Shown here piece by piece: positions 26,050-39,300 of a stretch of DNA of 64,000 nucleotides (positions within the stretch are counted from its first letter, which is position 1; the number at the start of each line of letters is the position of its first letter). Source of the stretch: Octopus vulgaris (taxonomy: Eukaryota). A model generated the notes under the pieces. That model had not been told where the DNA came from. It worked only from the letters and a program-made list of their open reading frames with translations, and searched no databases. Both the position numbers and the translations under genes were made by a program. Location: positions 22,382,001-22,446,000 of the forward strand of contig OX597832.1 in NCBI GenBank assembly GCA_951406725.2. The letters are read 5' to 3'.

Positions 26050-26121
26050 AGCTCGTTGGTCGAGGGACATTGTTATCTCTTTGGGTGCTGGTGATCCCGG
26101 GATCGAAACCTGTACGATCCG
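26050..26121 (+). pseudogene. tRNA-Pro pseudogene
   Basis: Decayed slot. Confidence 0.75.
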
Positions 26122-26491
26122 TTCTTTATTTAAAAAAAAAAGTTTTAATGATACATCTTCGAGAGAAATATAGATTAATAAGAATACATGCCGCAGAAGT
26201 TTGCACATATTTAAAAGAAAACACTTTTTGTCTGGCTTTAAATTAACAAATACACCGCAGTTAGAGGTGTGTGTGTGTGTCTGTCTGTGTGTTTAGAGAA
26301 TTTACTTAGAGTTTTTGTCGCCACTGGTCAGTCCGTGGCTACACTACAAGACACTTGACCAAAATGACCAGAGATAAAGGCCAAAGTCAGACCAAAAAGA
26401 CCAGATCTCAAGCCAAAGTCACGGGATTGCGTAGCGAACTTCTGTATCACATATGTTTTTCAATTGATTTATTAGACGATGCAAATAAGTC

Positions 26492-26563
26492 GGCTCGTTG
26501 GTCTAGAGGTATGATTCTCGCTTCGGGTGCGAGAGGTCCCGGGTTCGAGTCCCGGACAAGCCC
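26492..26563 (+). tRNA. tRNA-Pro(CGG), variant (G68A)
   Basis: Full length, C5.A68 mismatch, T-loop TTCGAGT. Confidence 0.82.
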
Positions 26564-26832
26564 TCGTTCGCTTTCTTTTATATCTCTTCTAATAAAATAT
26601 TTTGTATGAGGATCATTGATTCACATGAGACATACTGTTTTAGTTTCCAGATTTTTTTCCCCTACAGTATAACGTCTAATTTCAGACCTTGAACTAGAAG
26701 AGAAAATTAAATTTATAAAGATTCCACAAGAATACGATGATAGTTTTTACTATAGATTCTCTCAACTAAAGTCACATTTAACTTCAGCGAATTATAATTT
26801 TCAGTTGACTCATTAAGCCCGTAAGAGAACTC

Positions 26833-26904
26833 GGCACGTTGGTCTAGGGGTATGATTTTCGCTTTGGGTGCGAGAGGTCCCGGGTTCGAATCCCGGACGT
26901 GCCC
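26833..26904 (+). tRNA. tRNA-Pro(TGG)
   Basis: Paralogue of 22337 with the same compensatory pair. Confidence 0.93.
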
Positions 26905-27439
26905 TATTCTCTCCTTTTTTTATATAATGTATTTTGTATGAGGAGCATGGATTCATATTAAAAACACATGCTGATGTGGTTTTTAAATTTTCTTCCAGCA
27001 GCATTATATCCGATATTATACAAAGTTACCAGAAGAGGAAATAAAATTTATAAAAAGGCCACAATATATAACGTTAGACTTTACTAAAGATTCTAGCAAC
27101 TAAAATTACATTTAACCCCCAGCTGCACGTGGTTTCAACCCAACTTCAACTGGTTCACCTCACCTCCCACTTCGTGTGAAAAGTCTTTCTCCGGTGGCGA
27201 GAGGTCCCTTTCCAAGGTTGGAAAAGGTCTCGGTTTCCCTTCTCAGGCGAACATTTTATTCCTTTGTGTGCTCCAGCCAAATGTGTGTGGCCATGCTGGA
27301 GCACCGCTAATGGTCTTTTTTCTTTTAACATATTTCCTTGAGAAGAATGTTTTTGCATTTTCCATTTATCTTTTTAAAATATGACCCTAGACTTTATATC
27401 TTATGATTTGGAGAACAATGTAAATAAATTTACATTTAC

Positions 27440-27837
27440 AGCAGGAGTGGCTGTGTGGTAAGTAGCTTGCTAACCAACCACATGGTTCCGGGTTCAATCC
27501 CACTGCGTGGCATCTTGGGCGAGTGTCTTCTGCTATAGCCCCGGGCCGACCAATGCCTTGTGAGTGGATTTGGTAGACGGAAACTGAAAGAAGCCTGTCG
27601 TATATATGTATATATATGTGTATATGTTTGTGTGTCTGTGTTTGTCCCTCTAGCATTGCCTGACAACCGATGCTGGTGCGTTTACGTCCCCGTCACTTAG
27701 CGGTTCGGCAAAAGAGACCGATAGAATAAGTACTGGGCTTACAAAGAATAAGTCCCGGGGTCGATTTGCTCGACGAAAGGCGGTGCTCCAGCATGGTTGC
27801 AGTCAAATGACTGAAACAAGTAAAAGAGTAAAAGAGT
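27440..27837 (+). mobile_element. SINE family A inserted in the last array unit
   Basis: Near full-length copy. The empty paralogous site is at ~22925-22940. Confidence 0.88.
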
Positions 27838-27902
27838 AAATCTGTAGAGACGAACGTTGCTGCTAAATTCATACATACATACATACATACATACATACAT
27901 AC

Positions 27903-28256
27903 ATGATGGCCGTCCACTCGTGACCGAGGAAGACCATTGCCGACCTTCAGGAACATTGTGCGCTCTAGGACTAACTTATATTTTGCATTTGCGGCTCCGT
28001 TGGTGGCTAATGAGACCTGCTCTTGACAAGCATACACGACTGCACACATTGCTGACCAAGCTTTCCTCATTCACTATACGAGCCGTGCGCTTTCGCGCAG
28101 CTCGCTTAAATTCTTCATGCTGGATTCGTGCTCTCTCAAAAGTGTCGATCCCCTCCTTAACCTGCTTCCTCCATCTGTGGAGATGTCAGGCATTGTTCTC
28201 CCAGTCAGCGCCCTGCATATCACAGTCCTTTAATGAGGACTTGACACATTCCTTAC
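27903..28256 (-). mobile_element. Duplicate of the RTE 3' fragment at 23083
   Basis: Same ends and the same in-frame TGA. Confidence 0.8.
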
Positions 28257-28396
28257 TTACATACATACATACATACATGCATACATACATACATGCATGC
28301 ATACATGCATACACGCGACTTCTTATTACAGAGCCACAATAATGAACTTCAGTGATTGATGTTTTTCAGTTAATTCTTGAGCTGGTTGCTACAGTT

Positions 28397-28440
28397 GACT
28401 CGTTCGTCTAGGATTATGATTCTCGCTTTGGGTGCGAGAG
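28397..28440 (+). pseudogene. Truncated tRNA-Pro(TGG), 5' part
   Basis: GACTCGTTCGTCTAGGATTATGATTCTCGCTTTGGGTGCGAGAG, T-arm missing. Confidence 0.75.
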
Positions 28441-28563
28441 TTAAGTGTTTTCATGATACATCTCCTGATGACGCAGTTTGCAGATTAAAAAGAAAAATAC
28501 TCTTATACCCGACGTTAAATTAACAAATAAGAATGTCCTAGTCATAAGCATGCATGTGTGAGT

Positions 28564-28596
<33 letters not shown>

Positions 28597-28796
28597 TAGA
28601 GATAGAGAGAGAGAAAGAATTGGCTCAGGGTTTTCGTCTACTAGTTTCTATCACACGTCATTGGTCAGTTCGTGGCTATACTCCACGACACTTGACCAAA
28701 ATGCCATATAGTATGACACTGGGATCGCTCAGTGCCAAACAGCGATACTTGAACCAACCTAGAGAAATTAACATCATTGATTTATGTTTTTCAGTT

Positions 28797-28867
28797 GGTT
28801 CGTTCGTCTAGGGTACGATTCTCAGTTGGTATGTAGGAATTCCTGGGTTCGAATCCGGGACGAGTCC
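28797..28867 (+). pseudogene. tRNA-Pro pseudogene
   Basis: GGTTCGTTCGTCTAGGG...GGGTTCGAATCCGGGACGAGTCC, anticodon arm decayed. Confidence 0.7.
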
Positions 28868-28928
28868 TGTGTCTTTCGTTTATTATTATTATTATTATTT
28901 TTTTGTCTGTATTTCGTATGAGGAAATA

Positions 28929-29345
28929 CGGCGAGCTGGCAGAAACGTTAGCACGCCGGGCGAAATGCTTAGCGGTATTTTGTCTGCCGCTACGTTCTGA
29001 GTTCAAATTCCGCCGAGGTCGACTTTGCCTTTCATCCTTTCGGGGTCGATTAAATAAAGTACCAGTTACGCACTGGGGTCGATGTAATCGACTTAATCCC
29101 TTTGTCTGTCCTTGTTTGTCCCCTCTGTGTTTAGCCCCTTGTGGGCAATAAAGAAATAAGAAATATTAGAACGCCGGATGAAATGTTTAGCTGTATTTCG
29201 TTTGTCTTTACGTTCTGAGTTCAAATTCCGCCGAGGTCGACTTTGCCTTTCATCCTTAAGTACGAGTTGTGCGTACTGGGGTCGATCTAATCGACTGGCA
29301 CCCTCCTCCAAAATTTCGGGCCTTGTGCCTAGAGTAAAAAAGAAT
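28929..29345 (+). mobile_element. SINE family B, two tandem copies
   Basis: A full copy followed by a partial second copy. Confidence 0.8.
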
Positions 29346-29760
29346 AGTTTGGCACGTTGGCACGCCGGTAAAAATGCTTGGCGACATATCGTCCGTTTTA
29401 AATTATTTTATTTTCGTTCTTTCTACATTTCTGCATTGAAATCTTTCTTGGCTTTGACTTTCGTATCGCGCATCTGCTGTTGCTATGACGATTAGCAGAG
29501 ATGTAATGCTGATATCGATATAATAGATGGGGGATGTCCTATCTTACAGAAATTTATGGTCACGTGCCAATGTAAAAAAAAAAAAAAATCAATATATATT
29601 CCTGGGAATATAGTAACGAAATAAATAAAAAGAAGGAAAGGAACTAAGGAAATTAGGAGCTTAACACCTGATTCCATTTTCTTGGCACTTTTGCCAAACG
29701 TATTTCCTCGGATGTTCTACGAATGTTACATGTGCTTCCCTCTTCTCCACGAGATATGAT

Positions 29761-29929
29761 CACCACCGCCACCGCCGCCGCCGCCGCCACCGCCGCCACC
29801 GCCGCTGCCACCATCGCCTTCACTGCGATCATTTCCGCCACCGTCCCCATCTCCGCAATCACTCCCGCCACCACCACTGCCGCCGCAACCACCACCACCA
29901 CCACCACCACCACCACTATACTACTACTA

Positions 29930-29976
<47 letters not shown>

Positions 29977-30195
29977 GCCACCGCCACCGCCACCACCACC
30001 ACCGCTGCAGCCACCACCACTACTACTACTACCACCAACACCACCACCACCACTATTACTACTACTACTACCACCACCACCACCACTACTACTACTATTA
30101 CCTTTACCACCACCATCACCACCACTACTACTACTACTACTACCTTTACCACCACTACTACTACTACTATTACTAAGTACTACCACCACCACCAT

Positions 30196-30286
<91 letters not shown>

Positions 30287-30288
30287 AC
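29761..30288. repeat. Compound (CCG/CCA/CTA/CTG)n microsatellite
   Basis: Directly visible. Confidence 0.9.
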
Positions 30289-30310
30289 AATTGCTTATGT
30301 ACACATTAAA

Positions 30311-30350
30311 CAATATGGCGTATGCGTAAGCAATATGGCGCATGCGCGCG
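30311..30350. promoter_or_regulatory. Candidate promoter motif pair (YY1-like twice, NRF1-like)
   Basis: CAATATGGCGYATGCG repeated at 20 bp spacing, with GCGCATGCGC at 30338-30347. Confidence 0.3.
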
Positions 30351-31413
30351 TAGTGTGTTTCCGTAGACGTATTCGCTGTGTAACTGTTTGATTTATGGGT
30401 TGACATAAGATGTTTCTAATCAAGCAGGGTTGTTAGCATACCGGACAAAATGCTTAACGGTATTTCGTCCGTCTTTACATTTCTTTACATTGCCTTTTAT
30501 CCCTTCGGAATCAATAAAATAAATACCGTTTGATTAAGGAGATCGATATAATCGACTTTCTCATGGTCCAACATTTCAGGCTTTGTGTCTATATAATAGA
30601 AAGGTTTTTATAGGTTTCCAATGGCGTGAGCTTGCAGGATCGATAGCAATCCGGAAAAATGATTAGTGATATTCTGTCCGGTTTTACTTTCTTAGTCCGA
30701 ATTCTGCCGAGATCGACTTTGCTTTTCATTATTTTCATTATTTCGGAGTCGATAAAATAAGTACCATTTCAGCCCTGAAGTCGATGTATTTGATTAACTT
30801 CTTCATCCAAAATTTCAAATCTTATGCCGATAGAAGAAAGATATTGCCGTATGACTATAGGATTGCTGTGGTGGACTGAGGCGGTGTGTACCAGTAGATA
30901 CGAGTGATATGTATATTACAAATACACAGACACATACAACAAAATACGGCCGAGAATTTAATCTGCGTGAGGAAAATAAGTTCTTGTTCTCGGCGAAATC
31001 GAGTGGGCGGGGACACGAAGTGCATAGCAAGACCGAAAACAGAGCGGTGTCGAGTAGCGGAATCCATTAAATGGAAAATAAGAGGTGATCTGTTGTTGAG
31101 CCGAATGTCTTCGAGATATTCCGTTAATCGGCTGGCTAATCTCCGGCTCAGTTTGTCTAATTTATAGAGATCCTTCCTACAGCAATTTCAATTCCTTCAA
31201 CACCACCTCTTCCCAAATCCATTCCACCGCTCCTCCAAACGTGCCAGCAATCTACTAACTTACTGGTAAGTATCTCTTCTTCGACCCCTCTCCTTTCCTC
31301 CAACCTCCACTGTGGAATTTGTTCTTTTCTCGCCAACAGAGAAAAAAATAATTTACAAAACCACATAGAAAAACTGCTCTTTCACATACACTTATAGAAA
31401 GAGAGAGAGAGGA

Positions 31414-31465
<52 letters not shown>

Positions 31466-31566
31466 GAATAAATAGATATAGATATACATGCATGCGTACA
31501 TGTTTATACATTTACATATGCATATACATGAAGATATATATTTATATGCATGCATATATATATATA

Positions 31567-31674
<108 letters not shown>

Positions 31675-32029
31675 TGATAGATAGATATAAATATAGATAT
31701 ACACATAGATAATACATACATATAGGTATATGCTTGTATGCATGCATCTATGTATGCATGCATGTATGTATGTATGTATGTATGTATGTATGTGTGTTTG
31801 TATGTGTGTGTGTATATATACATATATATATATGTATGTATGCATATGTATGTTAGAATGTAATGTACTCCTACTAACATATATACAGCGGGATTACATA
31901 CATGAATGCATGTGACGATACCGGAAGGAAAAGCACGCAGTTACAATTCATTTCCTGTAATTCAGACAATAACTAAATCTCATCAGCGTATCCACAATAT
32001 ATATATATATATACATATATACATACATG

Positions 32030-32142
<113 letters not shown>

Positions 32143-32275
32143 CTTCGTTCCGTTTCTTATCCTCCCAGCATTGTTTTATATATATATATATATATGTATG
32201 TATGCATATATATGTATATGTATATATGTGTGCGGGGGTGTACATATAAATGCATGCATATATATATATATGTGT

Positions 32276-32317
<42 letters not shown>

Positions 32318-32514
32318 CTGGCTGTACATATTTACATGCTTACTCCCACATAGAATGACACGAAAGTGTACGTATCGTGTACACAAGTAATCATGCACTT
32401 ACAGATTTACTTTCGTATATTATTTTGCAAAACCATTTATCGGTCAGTTTCTCAGATAATATGTATACATTAAATCTATCTATCTATCTATCTATCTATC
32501 TAATAATATGACTT

Positions 32515-32839
32515 CATTGACCGAGGTTACCGTGGTCTTTTCCGTAGGCTTTTCCTTCCACGGGTAAACTTCACCTGTCCTCCCCTTTACACTTCATATT
32601 GACATTTCTGTGATTACGATCCCTATTGATCAACTTTTTTTTCCTCTCCCGTTTTCTTTTTTTTTTTCCCCTCCCCACCTTTTTTAAAAAAATCCTCCCC
32701 TTTTTTTGTCCTCTTTCTTTCCTTTTACGATCCCTTTTGATCGAAAACCAACCCCCCTTTTTTTTTACCCCCAAAAGAAAAGCTCTACCTTGTAATTTGT
32801 TCTGTCTGTGTGCAGCCCTGTGTGACTAATAAAGAAACA

Positions 32840-32925
<86 letters not shown>

Positions 32926-33252
32926 ATCCTATGAACCCGGAAAAATTTAAAACGGACAGTTACTTACTTGCAAATAAATGTGTTAACATGTGACATTATT
33001 GACCGAGGTTACCGTGGTCTTTTCATTAGGCTTTTCTTTCCACAGATAAACCTTATCTGCTTCCACCTTTACACTTTACATCATGACATTTCTGTGATAC
33101 ACGACCCCTATTGATGTTTTTTTTTCTTTCTTTTTACGATCCCTTTTGATCGAAAACCTACCCCACTTCTGTTTTTTTCCCCCAAAAGAAAAGCTCTACT
33201 TTGTGATTTGTCCCCTCTGTGTTCAGCCCTCTGTGGCTAATAAAGATACATA
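32515..33252 (+). mobile_element. Two related LINE-like 3' UTR fragments, each ending in (TATC)n
   Basis: About 32515-32840 and 32998-33252 share GACCGAGGTTACCGTGGTCTTTTC...CCCCAAAAGAAAAGCTCTAC...CTAATAAAGA. Confidence 0.6.
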
Positions 33253-33271
33253 TCTATCTGTCTGTTTGGCA

Positions 33272-33315
<44 letters not shown>

Positions 33316-33489
33316 GTCAAGCTTTGCGTCCATTCTCACAAACACACTAAAATAAATCTATTAACATATACACGCGTATATAAATTCTCATAAGCCTAAT
33401 CTTGTGTGTGTGTGTGTGTGTGTATGTGTGTGTAGTGATAGATAGATAGATAAATATATAAAAAGATAGATAGATAGATAGTTTGATAG

Positions 33490-33543
<54 letters not shown>

Positions 33544-33984
33544 GTATATGTATATATATGTAACATATATACATAATATATATATATATATGTCGTTAGA
33601 TGACGCATGAGGGTGGGTTCGGCAATTTCATACCGAACAACCACAAAGACGATTTGTTTATAGCGATCAAATGTTTTTTATACACATAAGCTCACTCCCT
33701 CCATAAAATCGGCATTACCTGTACAGGTGCACGATGTGTGCCACATATCAGATAACGAATGTACGTATGTATGTATATATGTATGTAGCTATCTACCTAC
33801 AAGCGCACACACATATACTCACACATGAGAACTATACAAGCCTCCCAGACACATTCATTCCAAACACATTCATTCACTGACACGCTCATATACACATTCA
33901 AAACAGATTGGTTAGAAAATCTGACATAAGGCCAACATATTCGGAGGAGAGGATAAGGCGATCGTATTATCTCCAGTCCTCAAT

Positions 33985-34925
33985 CGGTACTTATTTTATC
34001 GCCCCCAGCCCCGGTATAAAGAATAAAAAAGCGAAGTCAACCTCGACAGAATTTGAACTCAGAACTTTAAGAGGGATGAAATGCTGCTGGGCATTGTGTG
34101 CAGCGTGCTAACGATTCTGCCAACGCGGGGAAGAAAGTCAGTAATTTCGTGGGAGGAGGTCATTCGATTATATTGACCTCTGTGCTCTACGGGTAATTAA
34201 TTTATTGACCGCGAAAGGATGAGTGGCAAAGTTGATCTCGGTGGGATTTGAACTTAGAACGTAAAGCCGGATAAAATGTTGCTGAGCATGTTGACCGGTG
34301 TACTAACTATTCTTATTTCTTTATTGCCCACAAGAGGCTAAACATAGAGAGGAAAGACAAAGATAGACAAAGAGTTTAAATCGATTATATCGACCCCAGT
34401 GCGTAACTGGTACTTAATTTATCGACCCCGAAAGGATGAAAGGCAAAGTTGACTTCGGCGGAATTTGAACTCAGAACGTAGCGGCAGACGAAATACTTAT
34501 TTCTTTACTACCCACAAGGGGCTAAACACAGAGAGGACAAACAAGGACAGACAAAGGGTTTAAGTCGATTACATTGAACCCAGTGCGTAACTGGTACTTA
34601 ATTTATCGACCCCGAAAGGATGAAAGGCAAAGTCGACTTCGGTGGAATTTGAACTCAGAACGTAGCAGCAGACGAAATACCGCTGAGCATTTCGCCCGGT
34701 GTACTAACTATTCTGTCAGATCACTGAAACATATTAACCTGTAATTCTTTTCTTGAACTGGCATACTAAGATCACTCAACCGCATAATAATTTTCTCGTT
34801 TCCTAGTGTATGGAAAAATTCTTTCTACTATAGACACACAAAGCCTGAAATTATATCGACCCCAGTACTTAACTGCTACTTGTCTCATTGACCCCGAAAG
34901 GATGAAAAGCAAAGTCGACCTCGAC
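33985..34925 (-). mobile_element. Cluster of SINE family B copies including a dimer (34313-34720)
   Basis: Repeated GAAAGGATGAAAGGCAAAGTCGAC cores. Confidence 0.8.
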
Positions 34926-34934
34926 TAGTATATA

Positions 34935-35262
34935 CAAGTCTGAGACCCCTCGGTCATGACTGACAGTGGGATTGCACCTAAGAAGTTATCCTAACAGGTA
35001 AAGTCCGGGCAACATTGTTTATGGAAGACCAGCAGTCGCCCATGCATACTGGCCTCCCCTCTCCACGCCACCAGTGTTATTCAAGGGAAAGGCAAAGGGG
35101 CCGATACAGCTTGGCACCTGTGGCGTCGCAACTCATTTCTACAGCTGAGTGAACTGGAGCAAGTCTTGCTCAAGAATACAACACGCAACCCGGTCCGGTA
35201 TTCGAACTCACAACCTCACGATCGTAAGCTCGACGCTCTAACCACTGAGCCATGCGCCTTCT
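34935..35262 (-). mobile_element. tRNA-derived SINE (different family)
   Basis: Minus-strand head GGCGCATGGCTCAGTGGTTAGAGCG...GTTCGAATACC, then CTTGAGCAAG. Confidence 0.75.
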
Positions 35263-35923
35263 CAAGTAAATTGCAACAAAATAAATGAGAGGTGAAGTCG
35301 AATAATCTGACCCTCAGTATTTGGCTGCTATGCTATTTCATTTTATCGACCCTGGAGATAGGAAAGGTAATATTGATTTCGATTGGAATGGAACCTAGAA
35401 CGTAGAGAATCGAAAGAAATATCACGATCGCTATTGCTCAGCCAATCACTGATTATGGCGACCCACGATTTATTTCTCTTGCTTGCTTTTACATAATTAC
35501 TAAGAGACAACGTTACTAAGGCATTTAGTCGATTACAAAGAATCCAGTTCTTGACTGGTATTTTATTCAATCGGGGAGTGGACGGTGGACGGGATAGGGG
35601 TGAGCTTAGATTGTAAAAAACCGGGGTCAAATTCTGGTCCAACGTTTTAACGATTCTGCATATCTATGTTAATGACAATCATTTGTAATTTAGGCATGTG
35701 TGTGTGAGTGTGTGTGTGTGTGTGTGTAAATTACTCTAAATCGTTGTTAGAGTATCTACATAAGTGGATTCAAAACGGGATAGTCTGTACTGGCATCGAG
35801 TCGTATTACCTGCATTAATGAAGTCAAACCGAATAGTGGCATCTTAAGTACATTTAATACGTTCCACGTTTGCGCAACATAACACGGTACATACATATAT
35901 ATATATATATATATATGTATATG

Positions 35924-36445
<522 letters not shown>

Positions 36446-36856
36446 GAGACATACATATTTATGCCTCGGGCCGGTCAAAGCCTTGTGAGTGGATTTCGTT
36501 GGCGGAAACTGAAAGAAGCCCGTTATATATGTATATATGTGTGTGTTGTGTTCGTGTGTTTGTCCCCCCCAGCATCGCTTGTCAACCGATGTTGGTGTGT
36601 TTGTGTCCCCGTATCTTAGCGGTTTGGCAAAAGAGATCGAGAGAATGCGTGCTAGGCTTACAAAGAATAAGTTCTGGGGTCGAATTTTTACTAAAGGCGG
36701 TGCTCCTGCTCGGCCGCAGGCAAATGACTGAAACAAGTAAAAGAACAAAAGAATAAAGAATATATACATACATACATACATACATACATACATACATACA
36801 TACGTACATACACACATAAGTACATAAATACGTATATACATACATACATACATACA

Positions 36857-36909
<53 letters not shown>

Positions 36910-37017
36910 TAATCAATATAGGGTGGCAAAAAAAAAAAAAAATTTGTAGAATTCTTTTGCCACCAGCGGCCTAGTAGGAAAAAATTAAAATAGTCATAGA
37001 CCATTTTTAAGTTCAAC

Positions 37018-37232
37018 ATCAACAATAAAGGAACGGCCATAATAGGCCATTCACCCACTAGAAATAACAGCCAAAGCTTCAACCGCAAATAAAAGTTAAT
37101 TCAGTAAACCAGGGTAAATGTTTTTTAAATTTTCTCCTGGTTTACTGAATTAACTTTTATTTGCGGTTGAAGCTTTTGGCTGTTATTTCTAGTGGGTGAA
37201 TGGCCTATTATGGCCGTTCCTTTATTGTTGAT
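37018..37232. repeat. Long inverted repeat (96/97 bp arms, 22 bp spacer)
   Basis: 37018-37113 against 37136-37232 with one indel. Adjacent to (TA)n. Confidence 0.92.
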
Positions 37233-37359
37233 ATATATATATATATATATATTTATATATTGATAAAAATGGTAAGATAACAAAAGAATGAAAGAGACCT
37301 CGATATTATGTAAATAGAGGAATTTATCTATAAATGTAATATATGACAATTATTCGGTA

Positions 37360-37429
37360 GCCATGATAAAACTCCGAGTTTCGGATGCCAGGGTGGAAAT
37401 CCACGATTCCATCTCTTCAGTTATCCGGC
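37360..37429 (-). ncRNA. Type I hammerhead ribozyme (Penelope-like, palindromic stem III)
   Basis: GAUAA-CUGAAGA-GAUG..CAUC-C-GAAA-CUCGGAG-UU^UUAUC, within a ~185 bp insert in (TA)n. Confidence 0.7.
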
Positions 37430-38100
37430 CATCGGAAAAATGCATATATATATATATATATAATATTTACCCTCCATATTTATGTATGCAAGGATGAATA
37501 ACTTTATACAGATATTTAATATTGTCCTGTAGACATCGATGCTACTTATACTCTCTGCATGCACCTATGACTGAAGAAACTAGCTGCACAGATGGGAAAG
37601 GATGTTTGCACTTAAATGTGTAGTTAACGCAGGACCCGAGGTAAGGTCCTTTATTCGCCTCAAGTAAATTCCCCTCTATTAAGACGTCCCCTTTACTGTC
37701 CCCGTTTCATTTTACCTTCCTTTAAGACACCCCGATAATTTTTTTTTTTGCATACCATTATTTTCAATCCGTTTCTTTTTTGTTTTTTCGTCATCGATTC
37801 TATGTAAACCCAAACCCTTTTTTTTTGTATTTTGTCCCTGTGATGACCACTCGCCCGGTGCCCTTGAGTCAAATAACAGAAATCACTATCGCTAGAGCTG
37901 ACGTCATGTCAGGCTTTCACCGTTTTATTAAATCTCTAACATAAAAGATCAATTACACGAATTTCTGGCCCCGAGCCAACACTTTACGATGGTTGTTTAC
38001 CGCGTCTGTTTTTGGCGAGGTACCAACATTAAGCCGTAGCAATCATTACCACTGTTCTCAGATTAGCTATTATGCTTCAAAACTTCAGTATCAAAACGAG

Positions 38101-38173
<73 letters not shown>

Positions 38174-39185
38174 TCAAGCCAACAACCTAACAAACGAAAC
38201 GAAAAAATACACGGCAGGATGGCAGCACTTTAGACGGACTAGAATGTAACCGTATCCGTGTAGGTGATCAGAAAATTAGATTAAATAAAGTATATATCAC
38301 TTATCAGACTATAGACAAAATACATTGGTCACCCAACGGTGTGAAAAGCGAATAGGATATTTAATGTGTCGGTTGCAACTGGCTTATTAGATTAAAATAC
38401 TATTAAGCGGACCTGGAGATCGAGGTTTCGTATTTTACCACTGATACTGCGGTAGGTTTTGGCATGGACAATCTCTTTACTTTTACGGGTTGGGTTGGGG
38501 TTGTTGTTGTTCGGCCCAAAGGAATAATGGATGGGATACTTAATGCTTTGGTTACAACTGACCTATTAGATAAAAAAAAAATGGTAAGTCGGCCGGGACC
38601 TTGAGGTTGAGGTTTCGTTCTCTACGGCCAGCACCGTGATGCATCTTTGGTGACAAAGACCGATTTTATTTTTACAGGTTGTAGATGTTATTTAACCCCA
38701 GATGAAGCGTTGATGAAAAATCTGCTCCAATGGCCGATTAGATTAAGAAGTTGGTAAATCGACCGGGAGATCGACGTTTCGTACCTTACCACTGATGCTG
38801 AAATAAGTCTTTGCCAAAGACAGTCATTACTTTTAAAGATTGCGATTGTTATTGTTTAGCCCCAGCTGAATAAGGGATCGGATACTTAATATATCTGTTC
38901 CACCTGACCTACTAACCTAGTAGATAAGAGACTAATAAGCTGGCCACGTTGTTGAATTATTTCATGGAGTTAGGGGAAAGCTTACGTTGCTTTCTCCATG
39001 TATTTGCATGTATGTATGTGTGTGTGTAAGTGTTTTGTTTTTACACAATTATTGGCAGGAGTCTTTGCAAATTTGAAAGGAGCCGATCAAGAATGAAAAA
39101 TATCTCTGAGACAATATTCTTATGAGTGAAGCGATTAAGATAATACTGGAAAATATACAGAAACACTTCTTACTTGCACTAGTTA

Positions 39186-39300
39186 CCGTGTTTACTCGTG
39201 TATAAATCGCATCCTTAATTTAATGGTAAAAATGTTTTGTCATTTATAGTCATAGTTTTGCATTGTATATAAGTCGTATCTAATTTTTCCAGTTAAAATC
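39186..39300. mobile_element. Left-end remnant of a pogo/Tc2-like MITE
   Basis: TA|CCGTGTTTACTCGTGTATAAATCGCA resembles the TIR at 59806. Confidence 0.45.

Larger units (their letters stand above)
14730..28870 (+). repeat. Tandem tRNA-Pro gene array (~1.74 kb unit, ~4.5 kb higher-order repeat)
   Basis: Equivalent gene slots at 15613, 17354, 19351, 21090, 23820 and 25571 with near-identical spacers. 21996/22337 repeat at 26492/26833 (+4496). Confidence 0.95.

Noticed and set aside
17585-26094. ORFs of 97-125 aa in array spacers as host genes
   Set aside because: They are pieces of the frameshifted endonuclease fossil running into tRNA pseudogenes.
14730-28870. CRISPR-like regular repeats
   Set aside because: The repeats are 72 nt tRNA genes with long repeated spacers, there are no cas genes, and the context is eukaryotic.
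29653-30391. Gly/Ser/Pro/Thr-rich ORFs of 182-222 aa
   Set aside because: All frames are open only because of trinucleotide repeats, with no domain or splice evidence.
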